DNA from: Candidatus Eiseniibacteriota bacterium | Lineage (GTDB): Bacteria > Orphanbacterota > Orphanbacteria > Orphanbacterales > Orphanbacteraceae | Direction: 5' to 3' | Assembly (NCBI GenBank): GCA_016867715.1 | Contig: VGIW01000001.1 | Location: 14,141 to 78,140 of the forward strand | Length of the DNA: 64,000 nucleotides | Shown here: in pieces, positions 28,201 to 36,256 of the stretch | Layout: each line of letters starts with the position of its first letter | Numbering within the stretch: position 1 is the stretch's first letter | The notes under the pieces: model-generated | Databases searched by the model: none | Told to the model about the DNA's origin: nothing | What the model saw: the letters and a program-made list of their open reading frames with translations, nothing else | Program-made: the position numbers and the translations under genes

Positions 28201-29387
28201 GCCGGAAGATCAACGACGAGAAGTACACGATTCTCGGCGACCCCGCGCTCCGGCTCGGCGTGCCGGAGCTCGGCGTCCGATTTCAAGGGGGAGGCGAGGC
28301 CTCCTTCACCCGCGGGCGAGTGGACACGCTTTTCGGAGAGGTGGTCGACGCAGCCGGAGCCCTCGTCTCCTCTTTCGACGGAACGGCGGACGTCGCGATT
28401 CGGGGGATGGCCGACACGCTCGGGTACAGCTTCCTCGACACCGCCTGCCTCGGCCAGCCGAACAACCCGAGGCCGGGGAAGGCCCGCTACAGCATGGAGG
28501 GCCCGACTTTCTTCCGCGGGACGGCGGACGTGCGGGGCGGGCGTTTCAAGATCCCGTTCTTCGCTCCGCGCGACACGAGGGTCGGCAATCTCGGCCGGGC
28601 GAGCGCTTACGTGCTCGACTCCGGGGAGTCGCGCGACGGCTCGGGAGGGAACGACAGCGTGCGGGTTGTGGCGGAACCGCCCGGAACGGTCTGGAGCGAT
28701 ACCCTCGGGCCGCAGATCTCGTTCACCGTGAACGGATTCCCGGTGCGGGACGGGACGTCGTTCACGAAGAACTCGGTCTTCCGCCTCGACCTCGAGGACG
28801 AGAGCGGCATCAACCTGCAGAGGAACGACAACTTCTACACGATGCACATCGTCTTCGACCGCGGACGGCCGATCGATCTCACGCCTCTCTTCGAGTATGA
28901 GAAGAGCAGTTTCCGGAAGGGCGGGCTCTCCTTCCGGCTCTCCGATTTCTCGGACGTTTTCGTCCTCGAGGGGCCGCACGAGCTGGCCCTCCGTGCATCG
29001 GATAACCTAAACAATCGAACCGAAAAGGAATACAACATCATCGTCGTGGACGCCGGCGCCGAGCTTGCTTTCCGCGCGCCGGTGCTGAACTACCCGAACC
29101 CGTTCGATCCGGACCGGCACGGGACGACCCAGATCGCCGTCGATCTGACGAGAAGCGCCCGTGTCACGATCCAGATCCTCACGCACACCGGAAAGAGGAT
29201 CCGTGAGATCGAGTCCGCGACGGCGGAGACGGGCCTTTCCGTCCGGTTCGACTGGGACGGAAGGGACGGCGACGGGGACCTCGTCGCCAACGGGGTCTAC
29301 CTGGTTCGGGCCGTCGCGGAAGCGGAGGACGGCTCCGCGAGGACGGAATCGATCGGCAAGATCGCGGTCCTGAAAGGCGTTCGCTGA
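25287..29387 (+). CDS. porU: Peptidase C25 (gingipain-like) protein with T9SS C-terminal domain, a PorU-like candidate C-terminal signal peptidase
   Basis: 1367 aa. Signal peptide MSPRFARGLLAGALLLAAWAPAFSAAP. Catalytic His in SSYLGHGGVDK and Cys in HVFCAFSCSIGSWD. C-terminal NYPNPFDPDRHGT...VRFDWDGRDGDGDLVANGVYLVRA is a T9SS CTD / FlgD-Ig-like sorting domain. It lies immediately upstream of a PorV-family gene, as in the porU-porV operon. Confidence 0.7.
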   Translation: MSPRFARGLLAGALLLAAWAPAFSAAPALLADGPEGISFRFVLPELAEERVDGDRVLLRAEGLSILTEVGAPAVPVQEVLVAVPPGASAVVEVENAEIERRTDLRIAPFPRMDREENAHFEVGEEYAGRLFPEAWAEVSPPARLRDQRVVPVRVHPVRHDFISGTTEILRTAIVHVRIIGAAKRLGEAPPEDAFEPVYRKALANYESGRAWRERGAPPRKTETGDSFASSANWYKITVSERGLHRITTDDLVAAGLLNPRVSIGDPRTIRIYAGNGLPLPESETVPRPEWMKQLAIRVAGEEDGSFDATDRIEFHALAASGWRGEYDPDAPEYYDHVEHPYSWTTAYWLTWGGTFGEAPKRMGALAAGPDAAPGAITLSTFPERIHAEENTIKDLTRIGEDGWFWDKFSPTENNKSFNALTTPALTTPDADTSRDGNVRIRFFHYVDALGNCGTERARINVNGVPSALQEWNSCRTEDGAIQPFDYDSTAHWVKDGFNQIQITVAFRQKVYLCWIEMGYERFFRARRGELRFRLVEPGSYRIPIEGLSAGAARVFRTDDPFDVKELTGLSAAGNSLLLHAEVSAPASFHAVADTAWKKPVSLEKYVPLNLREGRDPAEYLVIAYDPYISAVSELVAHRSNEYSALVVPYSAVVNEFSWGVRDAVAVRDFLSHGYHEWAPEKRPVFVLLVGDATSDQKGYISSTLTTLLPTFFRIDRGGSDTNTYATDDFFSYLDPAEGAADRMPDVAIGRLPANSIEEVRTIVEKTVLYETDPEFGPWRNRLLFLADDEVKKDKFDCGFLLTHTQDMESVANSAPEPFDKVKVYMVEYPLTSAGLKPLAKNAYIGWIRDGFLLSSYLGHGGVDKMADEELLVLADVSPTILTNGKRLHVFCAFSCSIGSWDLLDRNSIAEALLKMIGGGALASFSSDAPAFAGVSLALNVEFMKNLLPGDHEVIPLGLAAQAAKSVSGTNLSRKINDEKYTILGDPALRLGVPELGVRFQGGGEASFTRGRVDTLFGEVVDAAGALVSSFDGTADVAIRGMADTLGYSFLDTACLGQPNNPRPGKARYSMEGPTFFRGTADVRGGRFKIPFFAPRDTRVGNLGRASAYVLDSGESRDGSGGNDSVRVVAEPPGTVWSDTLGPQISFTVNGFPVRDGTSFTKNSVFRLDLEDESGINLQRNDNFYTMHIVFDRGRPIDLTPLFEYEKSSFRKGGLSFRLSDFSDVFVLEGPHELALRASDNLNNRTEKEYNIIVVDAGAELAFRAPVLNYPNPFDPDRHGTTQIAVDLTRSARVTIQILTHTGKRIREIESATAETGLSVRFDWDGRDGDGDLVANGVYLVRAVAEAEDGSARTESIGKIAVLKGVR

Positions 29388-29419
29388 GCCGTTCGGGGTA
29401 GGGGGCGTCTTGCCGATCC

Positions 29420-29448
29420 TTGATGCAACCGGTGTTTTCGAGTATCGT
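29420..29448 (+). promoter_or_regulatory. Weak candidate promoter, TTGATG-17-TATCGT, upstream of the porV-like gene
   Basis: Lower-GC intergenic stretch. An RBS (gagaggag) precedes the ATG at 29481. Confidence 0.25.
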
Positions 29449-29480
29449 TCGCAAATGAAACTTGAGAGGAGTGTCCTACG

Positions 29481-30458
29481 ATGAACGCTGGAGTCCGGAG
29501 CTTGTCGATCGTCCTGATTCTCTTGGTTTGGGGAGCGGGGAGCGCGCTCGCCGTCTCCGACGGAGCGCCCCAATCGATCGCCCCCCTCATGACGCCGAAC
29601 GCCCGCGCGGCCGGTCTCGGGCAGTCGTTCGTCTCGATCGCGGATGACGCGACCGCGTCCTTCTGGAACGCCGGGGGGCTCGCCTGGCAGACGAAGCCGG
29701 ATGTCGTTCTCTACTACTCGAAGCTCGCCGAGGGGCTCGCCGACGACATCTCCTACAACTACCTCGCCTACTCGCGGCCGATGTGGGGCGGGGGCCTCGG
29801 GTTCGGGGTCATCTTCCTCAACCTCGGGGAGTCGGACATCATCGACGAACAGGGGAACATCCTCGGGAACTTCAACTCGTTCGACTTCATCCCGATGGTC
29901 GCGTATGGAGCATCGCTCACCGAGAACCTCGCCTACGGGGCGTCGTTCAAGTTCATCTACTCGCGGCTCTCGCCGCAGATCAAGGAGCTCGGCATCGACG
30001 ACGGGACCGGGATCTCCTTCGGCGGGGACCTCTCGCTTCTCTACCGGATTCCGGGGATCCGCCTGCAGGCGGGAATGATGCTCCAGAACCTCGGGCTCGA
30101 CATCGTGTACAACGATCAGAATCAGCCGGAGGAGCTCCCGCGCAACCTGAAGGCGGGCGTCAGCTGGAGGCCGATCGAGAGCCAGCTGAACAAGTTCCTC
30201 GTCACGACCGAGCTGACGAAGAACCTTGTCTACATGGAAGGGGAGACGATTCTGATGGGGGGGATCGAGTACACGTATTACGACATGGCCTCCGGACGGG
30301 TCGGCTACATCTATGACCGCGAGGGGCATATCGAGGACATGACCTTCGGCGTCGGGCTGAAGGTGAAGTCGATCGGTCTCCGTTTCGATTGGGCTTCGGT
30401 GCCGCAGGCGGAGGACCTTCCGCGCGTGAACCGGTTCGCCATCGGGTTCACCTATTAG
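29481..30458 (+). CDS. porV: PorV/PorQ-family outer-membrane beta-barrel (T9SS cargo shuttle-like)
   Basis: Signal peptide, then ...PNARAAGLGQSFVSIADDATASFWNAGGLA, the family N-terminal motif. Repeated aromatic-Gly strands. C-terminal ...NRFAIGFTY. Confidence 0.6.
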   Translation: MNAGVRSLSIVLILLVWGAGSALAVSDGAPQSIAPLMTPNARAAGLGQSFVSIADDATASFWNAGGLAWQTKPDVVLYYSKLAEGLADDISYNYLAYSRPMWGGGLGFGVIFLNLGESDIIDEQGNILGNFNSFDFIPMVAYGASLTENLAYGASFKFIYSRLSPQIKELGIDDGTGISFGGDLSLLYRIPGIRLQAGMMLQNLGLDIVYNDQNQPEELPRNLKAGVSWRPIESQLNKFLVTTELTKNLVYMEGETILMGGIEYTYYDMASGRVGYIYDREGHIEDMTFGVGLKVKSIGLRFDWASVPQAEDLPRVNRFAIGFTY

Positions 30459-30482
30459 CCCGGGGGAGGGGAGAAGAACCGC

Positions 30483-33400
30483 GTGATCGTTCGGCGCGCC
30501 GTGCGGGGTCTCCTTTTCTTTCTGCTCCCCTCGATTCTCTTCGCCGCCGGCGCGGATGCCGGCGTCCTCCGCGTCGAACGGGCGCGCGAGAGGACCGCGC
30601 CGGAAGCGGCGCGCGCGCCGAGACTCCGGCACTTCCCGGACGTGATCGGAGAAGGGCCTCTCCGGCCGCTTCTCCCCGGTTCCGGGCGTACCTATGCCGA
30701 TCTCCTCAAGTCCCCCGAGGCGGCCCCGTCAACGACGATCCGCGTCGCGGTCTTTCGGATCGAGTTTGAGAACGACTCGGCCGGCGAGGCGACGACCGGA
30801 GACGGGCGCTTTATTCTCGAGGACGACGGCAGCTGGTTCATCGACGCGCCGCCGCACGATTCGCTCTACTTTCACACGCACCTCACGGTGCTCCGGCGGT
30901 ACTACGAGGCGCAGTCGTACGGCAATCTCCGCATCGAGTGGGAGATCTTCCCGAAGAGCCTCGCCGCGGGAGAGTACCGTCTTCACGACACCGCCGACTA
31001 TCTTCCGGCGGGGAGCCCGGACTCGTGGACGATCGACGACCGGGTCGACGGCCTCATCCGGCTTTGCAAGGACGCGCTCGCCCTCGTCGACACGGTCGAT
31101 CCGGGCGTCGTCTTCTCCGCGTACGACGGCTACATGATCATTCACGCCGGACCGGATCTCCAGACCGACATCAACGGGGACTCGCCGGGGGACACCCCGA
31201 GCTTCTTCCTCTCGTTCGGCGACGAGGACTCGGTGGTCGTCGATCGGGATTCTCCCGACTCGGTTCTCGTGCGCGGCGTCACGATGATCCCCGAGTACAA
31301 CAGCCAGGACGGCTTCTCCTTCGGCCTGAACGGCGTGATCGCCCACGAGTTCGGGCATCAGCTCGGGCTCCCGGACCTTTACAATACCGAGCGGAGCTGG
31401 CCCGCGATCGGCGTGTGGGGCCTCATGGACAGCGGCGGCATGATCGCGATCGACGCGGGGGGCGTCTACCTCGGGAGCGTGATCCCCGCGTCTCTTTGCG
31501 CCTGGTCGAAGCTCTATCTCGGATGGGCGACGCCCGAGATCGTGACGACCTCGCGCGATCTCCGGATCGCGTGCGCGACCCTCGCGGATCCTCCCGAGGG
31601 CGCCCCGCGCTATGCGCTCATCCCGCTGAACGACCGGGAGTACTTCCTGATCGAGAACCGGTGCGGGCTCGCCCCGCTCGGCGAGTACGCGGCGAAGCTC
31701 GACACGCTGAACCAGGTAGTCCTCGGCCCCGTGACGAACGACAGTCTCGAGTTGTTCACCGGCGACTACGACTACGCGCTCCCCGGCTGGGGTCTCCTCA
31801 TTTGGCACATCAACAATCGGAAGCTGACCGAAGAGGCGATCCTCTACACGAACGACGTGAACAACGACTACAACAACCGCGCGGTCGAGCTCGAGGAGGC
31901 GGACGGAATCAAGGACCTCGGAAACCCCTACTCGGCCTACTGGGACGGGAGCCCGTACGACCCGTTCTTCGAGGGCAACGCGACGGTCTTCGGGCCCGGA
32001 ACGGCGCCGAACTCCAACCTCACGGACGGCGGGAGATCGCGGGTCACCGTGCGGGGAATCGGAGCGTGGGGCGCGGTGATGGAGCTCGCGGTCGACGTCG
32101 ATCGGAACCTCGCCGGTTGGCCGATCCCGCTTCTCATCGACTCGTCCGCCGCGGCTCCGGAGGGGATCGCTCTCGCGCGGTCGGATGGGGCGGTTCATGT
32201 CGCCGCGTTCTGGACGGCCGGCGACTCGATGGAGGCGCGAAGCGGCGTGACCGTGGCCGCCGCGGAGGAGACGCTCCGCATCGCCCGCGCGGAGCTTCCG
32301 GGCCCTCTCGCGGGGAACGCCCTCGTCGGCGATCTCGTGGAGGAGATCCCGGGCGAGGAGCTCTACGCGATCGCGGGGGGGCGCGTTCTGCGGATCGACC
32401 TCTCGGAGGGGTCTCTCGTTCGCGATCTCGGCGAGGCCCCGAGCGGAGAGGTGAGCGGAGGTCCTCTTCTTCTCGACATCGATGGGGACGGCGTCTCGGA
32501 GATTGTCGTCGCCGCTGGGGAGAGCCTCTTTGTCTACGCCGTCTTCTCGGACTCGATCGCTCGTCTCCGCAGCGATCCGCTTCCCGGGCTCCCCTCTTCG
32601 AACCTAGCCGCGTCTTCGGACGGGGGCGGGGGGCCTCGCGTGTATTTTCTGTCTCAAGGTTCTTTGTACGGGCTCGCGTACGGCGAGAAGACGAGAGCGG
32701 GAAGCGTGCGAGCGAGAGGCGCGTTCGGCGCCTCGGAGGGCTCCGTCCTTCTCGCGGATCTCGACCGGGACGGCGCGCGCGAGATCGTGGTCGTCACGAA
32801 CTCCGGCGCCGCCTACGCCGTGTCGGAGGAAGGAAGGGACCTTCCCGGGTGGCCGGTCTTCCTCGGCAAGGAGCCGACCGGAACGCCCTTCGCGTGCGAT
32901 CGGGACGAGGATGGCTTCCCCGAGATCGCGATCCCCGTCGGCCCCGACCTCGTGCTCCTCGAGAAGAACGGGATTCGGCAGATGGACACTCCACTTCGCA
33001 TCCCGCCGTATCTTCAGAAGGAGCGCATCCTCGCGGGGAACGGCGTGGCCGCGCTTCGGGAGGGGGGCCGCCCGCTCCCGCCGATCGCGGCGGACGACGG
33101 AGGGCGCTTGTGGATGTGGGAGGGGAGGGAGAGGGTCTCTCCCGGCTGGCCCTTCTCGACCGGGACGGCGAACCTCGCCGTTCGCGGCGGGCCCGCCCCG
33201 GGTGGATCGGGGGCGGCTCTCTACGCGCTCTCGCGCGACGGGTTTCTTTATGGGTATCCTTTCGAAGGAGCGGAGGCGAACCGCTTTCTCTGGTGGGGAC
33301 CGGGGGGGAGCCCGGGTGCGAGCTATGCGCTCGCCGATTCGCTTCTCGCGCCGCCGGCTCCGCCCGGCGCGCCTCCGGGACGGATCGTACGCGCGTTCTG

Positions 33401-33644
33401 TTACCCGAACCCGGTTCGCGGGGACCGGGCACTCTTCCGCTACGAGCTTACCGCCGAAGCGAACGTGACGATCGCCGTGCACGATTCGTCGGGGAAGCGC
33501 GTGGCGCGGATCGAACGGGCTCCCGGCGCGCCGGGGGAGAACGAGGTCGCTCTCGACGCGGGGGCGCTCTCGAGCGGCGTGTACACGGTTCGGATCGACT
33601 CGGGCGCGGAACACGAGTTCGTTAGGATGGCGATCATTCGATAG
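30483..33644 (+). CDS. M6-family (immune inhibitor A-like) zinc metalloprotease with beta-propeller-like repeats and T9SS C-terminal domain
   Basis: 1053 aa. Signal peptide. HEFGHQLGLPDLY zinc motif (HExxH, InhA-like). Repeated DxDGDG/VSEIVV FG-GAP-like segments. C-terminal RAFCYPNPVRGD...GVYTVRI CTD. Confidence 0.7.
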   Translation: MIVRRAVRGLLFFLLPSILFAAGADAGVLRVERARERTAPEAARAPRLRHFPDVIGEGPLRPLLPGSGRTYADLLKSPEAAPSTTIRVAVFRIEFENDSAGEATTGDGRFILEDDGSWFIDAPPHDSLYFHTHLTVLRRYYEAQSYGNLRIEWEIFPKSLAAGEYRLHDTADYLPAGSPDSWTIDDRVDGLIRLCKDALALVDTVDPGVVFSAYDGYMIIHAGPDLQTDINGDSPGDTPSFFLSFGDEDSVVVDRDSPDSVLVRGVTMIPEYNSQDGFSFGLNGVIAHEFGHQLGLPDLYNTERSWPAIGVWGLMDSGGMIAIDAGGVYLGSVIPASLCAWSKLYLGWATPEIVTTSRDLRIACATLADPPEGAPRYALIPLNDREYFLIENRCGLAPLGEYAAKLDTLNQVVLGPVTNDSLELFTGDYDYALPGWGLLIWHINNRKLTEEAILYTNDVNNDYNNRAVELEEADGIKDLGNPYSAYWDGSPYDPFFEGNATVFGPGTAPNSNLTDGGRSRVTVRGIGAWGAVMELAVDVDRNLAGWPIPLLIDSSAAAPEGIALARSDGAVHVAAFWTAGDSMEARSGVTVAAAEETLRIARAELPGPLAGNALVGDLVEEIPGEELYAIAGGRVLRIDLSEGSLVRDLGEAPSGEVSGGPLLLDIDGDGVSEIVVAAGESLFVYAVFSDSIARLRSDPLPGLPSSNLAASSDGGGGPRVYFLSQGSLYGLAYGEKTRAGSVRARGAFGASEGSVLLADLDRDGAREIVVVTNSGAAYAVSEEGRDLPGWPVFLGKEPTGTPFACDRDEDGFPEIAIPVGPDLVLLEKNGIRQMDTPLRIPPYLQKERILAGNGVAALREGGRPLPPIAADDGGRLWMWEGRERVSPGWPFSTGTANLAVRGGPAPGGSGAALYALSRDGFLYGYPFEGAEANRFLWWGPGGSPGASYALADSLLAPPAPPGAPPGRIVRAFCYPNPVRGDRALFRYELTAEANVTIAVHDSSGKRVARIERAPGAPGENEVALDAGALSSGVYTVRIDSGAEHEFVRMAIIR

Positions 33645-33667
33645 AGGTGATCAGGAAGGGAGTTCCG

Positions 33668-34507
33668 GTGAGGCGACTACTTTGGTTGTGGATCGCGTGC
33701 GGATGGCTCGCGGCTCCCGTGGCGGGGGCCCCCGGAATCGAGCGGACGCTTCGGTCGGAGATCCGCCGGCTCCCCGCTCCCGCGCGCGAGGAGCGGGCGG
33801 GCGGAGGGCGCGACTCGACCCCGTCGCCGCGCAAGGCGTTTCTCTTCTCGCTCCTCGTCCCCGGGCTCGGGCAGGTCTATTCGTCCGGATGGGATCCGGT
33901 CTCATGGACCTCCGCGCGCGGCCTCGCGTACGGCGTCTTTGAGGCGGTCGCGTGGATCGAGCAGCAGGGGAATCACGGGCGCGGAATGGACATGCAGACC
34001 AAGTACCGCGCGTTCGCGGACGCGAACTGGCACTGGAGCTTGAACGCGTGCACGGTCCTCTATAACGGAGAAGGAGCGATCGACGACGATCCGTTCGCGC
34101 CTGGATATGCGGGCCCGGACGGCGTGGACATCTTCATCGACACGGCGGCGGATTCCCTCGAGTTCTACGAAGACATCCACAAGCTTCAGAAGTGGATCTG
34201 CGGGTGGGACGACTACGCGGACGAGCGATACTTCCAGACCTCCTCGGATGAGACGAACCGCATCTGGTCCACCCCGATGCAGCTGGAATACCGCGCGATG
34301 CGACAGAGGCAGAACAAGCTCATGAGCAACGCGGACCATTGGCTCTGGGCGATCGTCGCGAACCATGTGGTTTCGGCGTTCGACGCCTACTTCGTCGCGA
34401 AGGGGCGCGCGCGGGGCGACGATCTTTCCGCCTTGCCCGCCGTCCGCTTCGGGGGGACAATGACGGGAGACGGCGCGTCGGTCGCCGTCGCGTGGAGTTT
34501 CCGATGA
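33668..34507 (+). CDS. DUF5683-like secreted protein (paralog 1)
   Basis: Signal peptide VRRLLWLWIACGWLAAPVAGA. SPRKAFLFSLLVPGLGQVYSSGW matches the SPxKAxLxSxxxPGxGQ motif. RBS AGGAAGGGA. The family call is from memory. Confidence 0.5.
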   Translation: MRRLLWLWIACGWLAAPVAGAPGIERTLRSEIRRLPAPAREERAGGGRDSTPSPRKAFLFSLLVPGLGQVYSSGWDPVSWTSARGLAYGVFEAVAWIEQQGNHGRGMDMQTKYRAFADANWHWSLNACTVLYNGEGAIDDDPFAPGYAGPDGVDIFIDTAADSLEFYEDIHKLQKWICGWDDYADERYFQTSSDETNRIWSTPMQLEYRAMRQRQNKLMSNADHWLWAIVANHVVSAFDAYFVAKGRARGDDLSALPAVRFGGTMTGDGASVAVAWSFR

Positions 34508-35283
34508 CGGCGCGTCTTCTGCCGATTCTTCTCGCGCTTCTTCTCTTGGTTCCGGACGCGCGGGCGTCCGATCTCGATTCCCATTTTCGCCGTGCGTCGC
34601 GCGCGGAAGCAGACGCGCGCTTCGAGTCCTCCGCGACGGAGAGCGGGGCCGGAACCTCTCTCTCCCCCTCGCGACGCAAGGCGTTCCTTCTCTCGGCTCT
34701 TCTCCCCGGCCTCGGCCAGCGGGCGAACGGCTCGGAGATTCGGAGCCGGGCGTTCTTCGGTTTGGAGGCGATGATCTGGACGAGCTTCCTCGTCTTCAAG
34801 ATCCAAGAACACAACCGGACGAGCGACTTCGAGGAGTACGCGCGGGCGTACGCGGGCATTTCAGAGGGGGAGAGGGAGACCGAGTATTATCGGATCCTCA
34901 CGATCTTCAACAGCGTCGAGGAGTACAACGAAGCGGTCCGCATCGAGGCGCGCGCTCTCTATCCGGTCTCGAGGTACTCGCAAGACACGCGCGACGCGTA
35001 CTACGCGGAGCACGCGTACGGCTCCGATCGTTCCTTCCGGTGGAGGACGAACCAAGATCGTCTCGAGTATCGGCTCATTCGGAACGACGCGCTGAACTCG
35101 GGGCGGCGCGCGAACTACATGCTGGTCGCGGCGGTCGTGAACCGCGCGGTCAGCGCCGTGGAGGCGGCGCGGGCGGCCGGGGCGGGAGGCAAGCTCGCGG
35201 AAGCCGTCACGCATCTTCGCGCGTCCGCCTCCGGCGAGGGGGAGCCGGCCCTTCTCCGTCTGGGCGTCGGGGCGCGCTTCTGA
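34504..35283 (+). CDS. DUF5683-like secreted protein (paralog 2)
   Basis: The ATG start overlaps the previous stop (ATGA). Signal peptide MTARLLPILLALLLLVPDARA. SPSRRKAFLLSALLPGLGQ motif. Confidence 0.5.
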   Translation: MTARLLPILLALLLLVPDARASDLDSHFRRASRAEADARFESSATESGAGTSLSPSRRKAFLLSALLPGLGQRANGSEIRSRAFFGLEAMIWTSFLVFKIQEHNRTSDFEEYARAYAGISEGERETEYYRILTIFNSVEEYNEAVRIEARALYPVSRYSQDTRDAYYAEHAYGSDRSFRWRTNQDRLEYRLIRNDALNSGRRANYMLVAAVVNRAVSAVEAARAAGAGGKLAEAVTHLRASASGEGEPALLRLGVGARF

Positions 35284-35306
35284 ACGCCGCGGAAGAGGAG
35301 CCCCTC

Positions 35307-36218
35307 TTGTCCGATCGTCTCCTTCTCCCGTTCGTCCTTCTTCTCCATCTCGTCTTCCCTGCGCGCGCGGATATCGTCCCCGTGCGCGCGCTCTCGGGAT
35401 CTGCGGACGACGCGGCCCTCTTCTCTCCGCGAGGAATCTCGATCGGCTACGGAGGGCTTCTCTACGTCGCCGACGGCGGGAGCGACCGGATCGTCGTCTT
35501 CGATACGGCGGGCGCGGTCGCTTCGACCGTCGGCTTCTCCGGATCGGCCGGCGGCCGCTTTCTCGAGCCGACGGACGTGGCGGCCGCGGAGGGGCTGCAT
35601 CTCTACGTCCTCGACGCGGGGAACGAACGGGTGCAGCTCTTCGATCGATACGGGCAGTTCCTCGATGTGCTGCTCGATCGCGAGGCGGGGACGATCGGGA
35701 CGCCCCTCGGGCTCGAGGCGGATTCCTTTGGGCGGCTCTACGTGACCGACGCGGAGGCGGACCGGGTGCGGGTCTTTCGATCCTTCACGGGTCAAGAAGA
35801 GTTCTCGTTCGGCGGGTTCGGGACCGAGCCGGGTCGCTTCCGAGGGCCCGCCGACGCGTCGGTCGATCGCTCGCGCCGAATCTACGTCGCCGATCGAGGG
35901 AACAATCGTGTGCAGGTCTTCGATCCGCTCGGCGGTTTTCTCCGCTCGATCGGAGAAGGGGAAGGATCCGCGCGGCTCTCCGGTCCGACGGGGGTCGCGG
36001 TCGACCGGAAGGGGAGGGTCTTCGTCGCCGATGGGGGGAACGCGCGGGTGGTCGTCTTCGACGAGGCGGGGGGCTTCGCAGGCGAGATCCGGGAGGGAGT
36101 CGGCGGAAAGCCGCTCGTCTCTCCTCGCGGCGTGGCGGTCGACGACGCGGGTCTCCTCTACGTCTCCGACCCCGCCGGGGGGCTCGTTCATCTCTTCCGA
36201 TACGGGGCCGCCCCGTGA
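35307..36218 (+). CDS. NHL-repeat (six-bladed beta-propeller) secreted protein
   Basis: TTG start with RBS GGAAGAGGAG. Signal peptide. Six repeats of the type G..LYV.D.GN.RV.VFD (e.g. RIVVFDTAG, RVQLFDRYG, RVRVFRSF, RVQVFDPLG, RVVVFDEAG, LVHLFRYG). Confidence 0.7.
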   Translation: MSDRLLLPFVLLLHLVFPARADIVPVRALSGSADDAALFSPRGISIGYGGLLYVADGGSDRIVVFDTAGAVASTVGFSGSAGGRFLEPTDVAAAEGLHLYVLDAGNERVQLFDRYGQFLDVLLDREAGTIGTPLGLEADSFGRLYVTDAEADRVRVFRSFTGQEEFSFGGFGTEPGRFRGPADASVDRSRRIYVADRGNNRVQVFDPLGGFLRSIGEGEGSARLSGPTGVAVDRKGRVFVADGGNARVVVFDEAGGFAGEIREGVGGKPLVSPRGVAVDDAGLLYVSDPAGGLVHLFRYGAAP

Positions 36219-36256
36219 GGGGGGGCGGGTCTCCCGCGCCGAAGGCGGGGTGAGCC

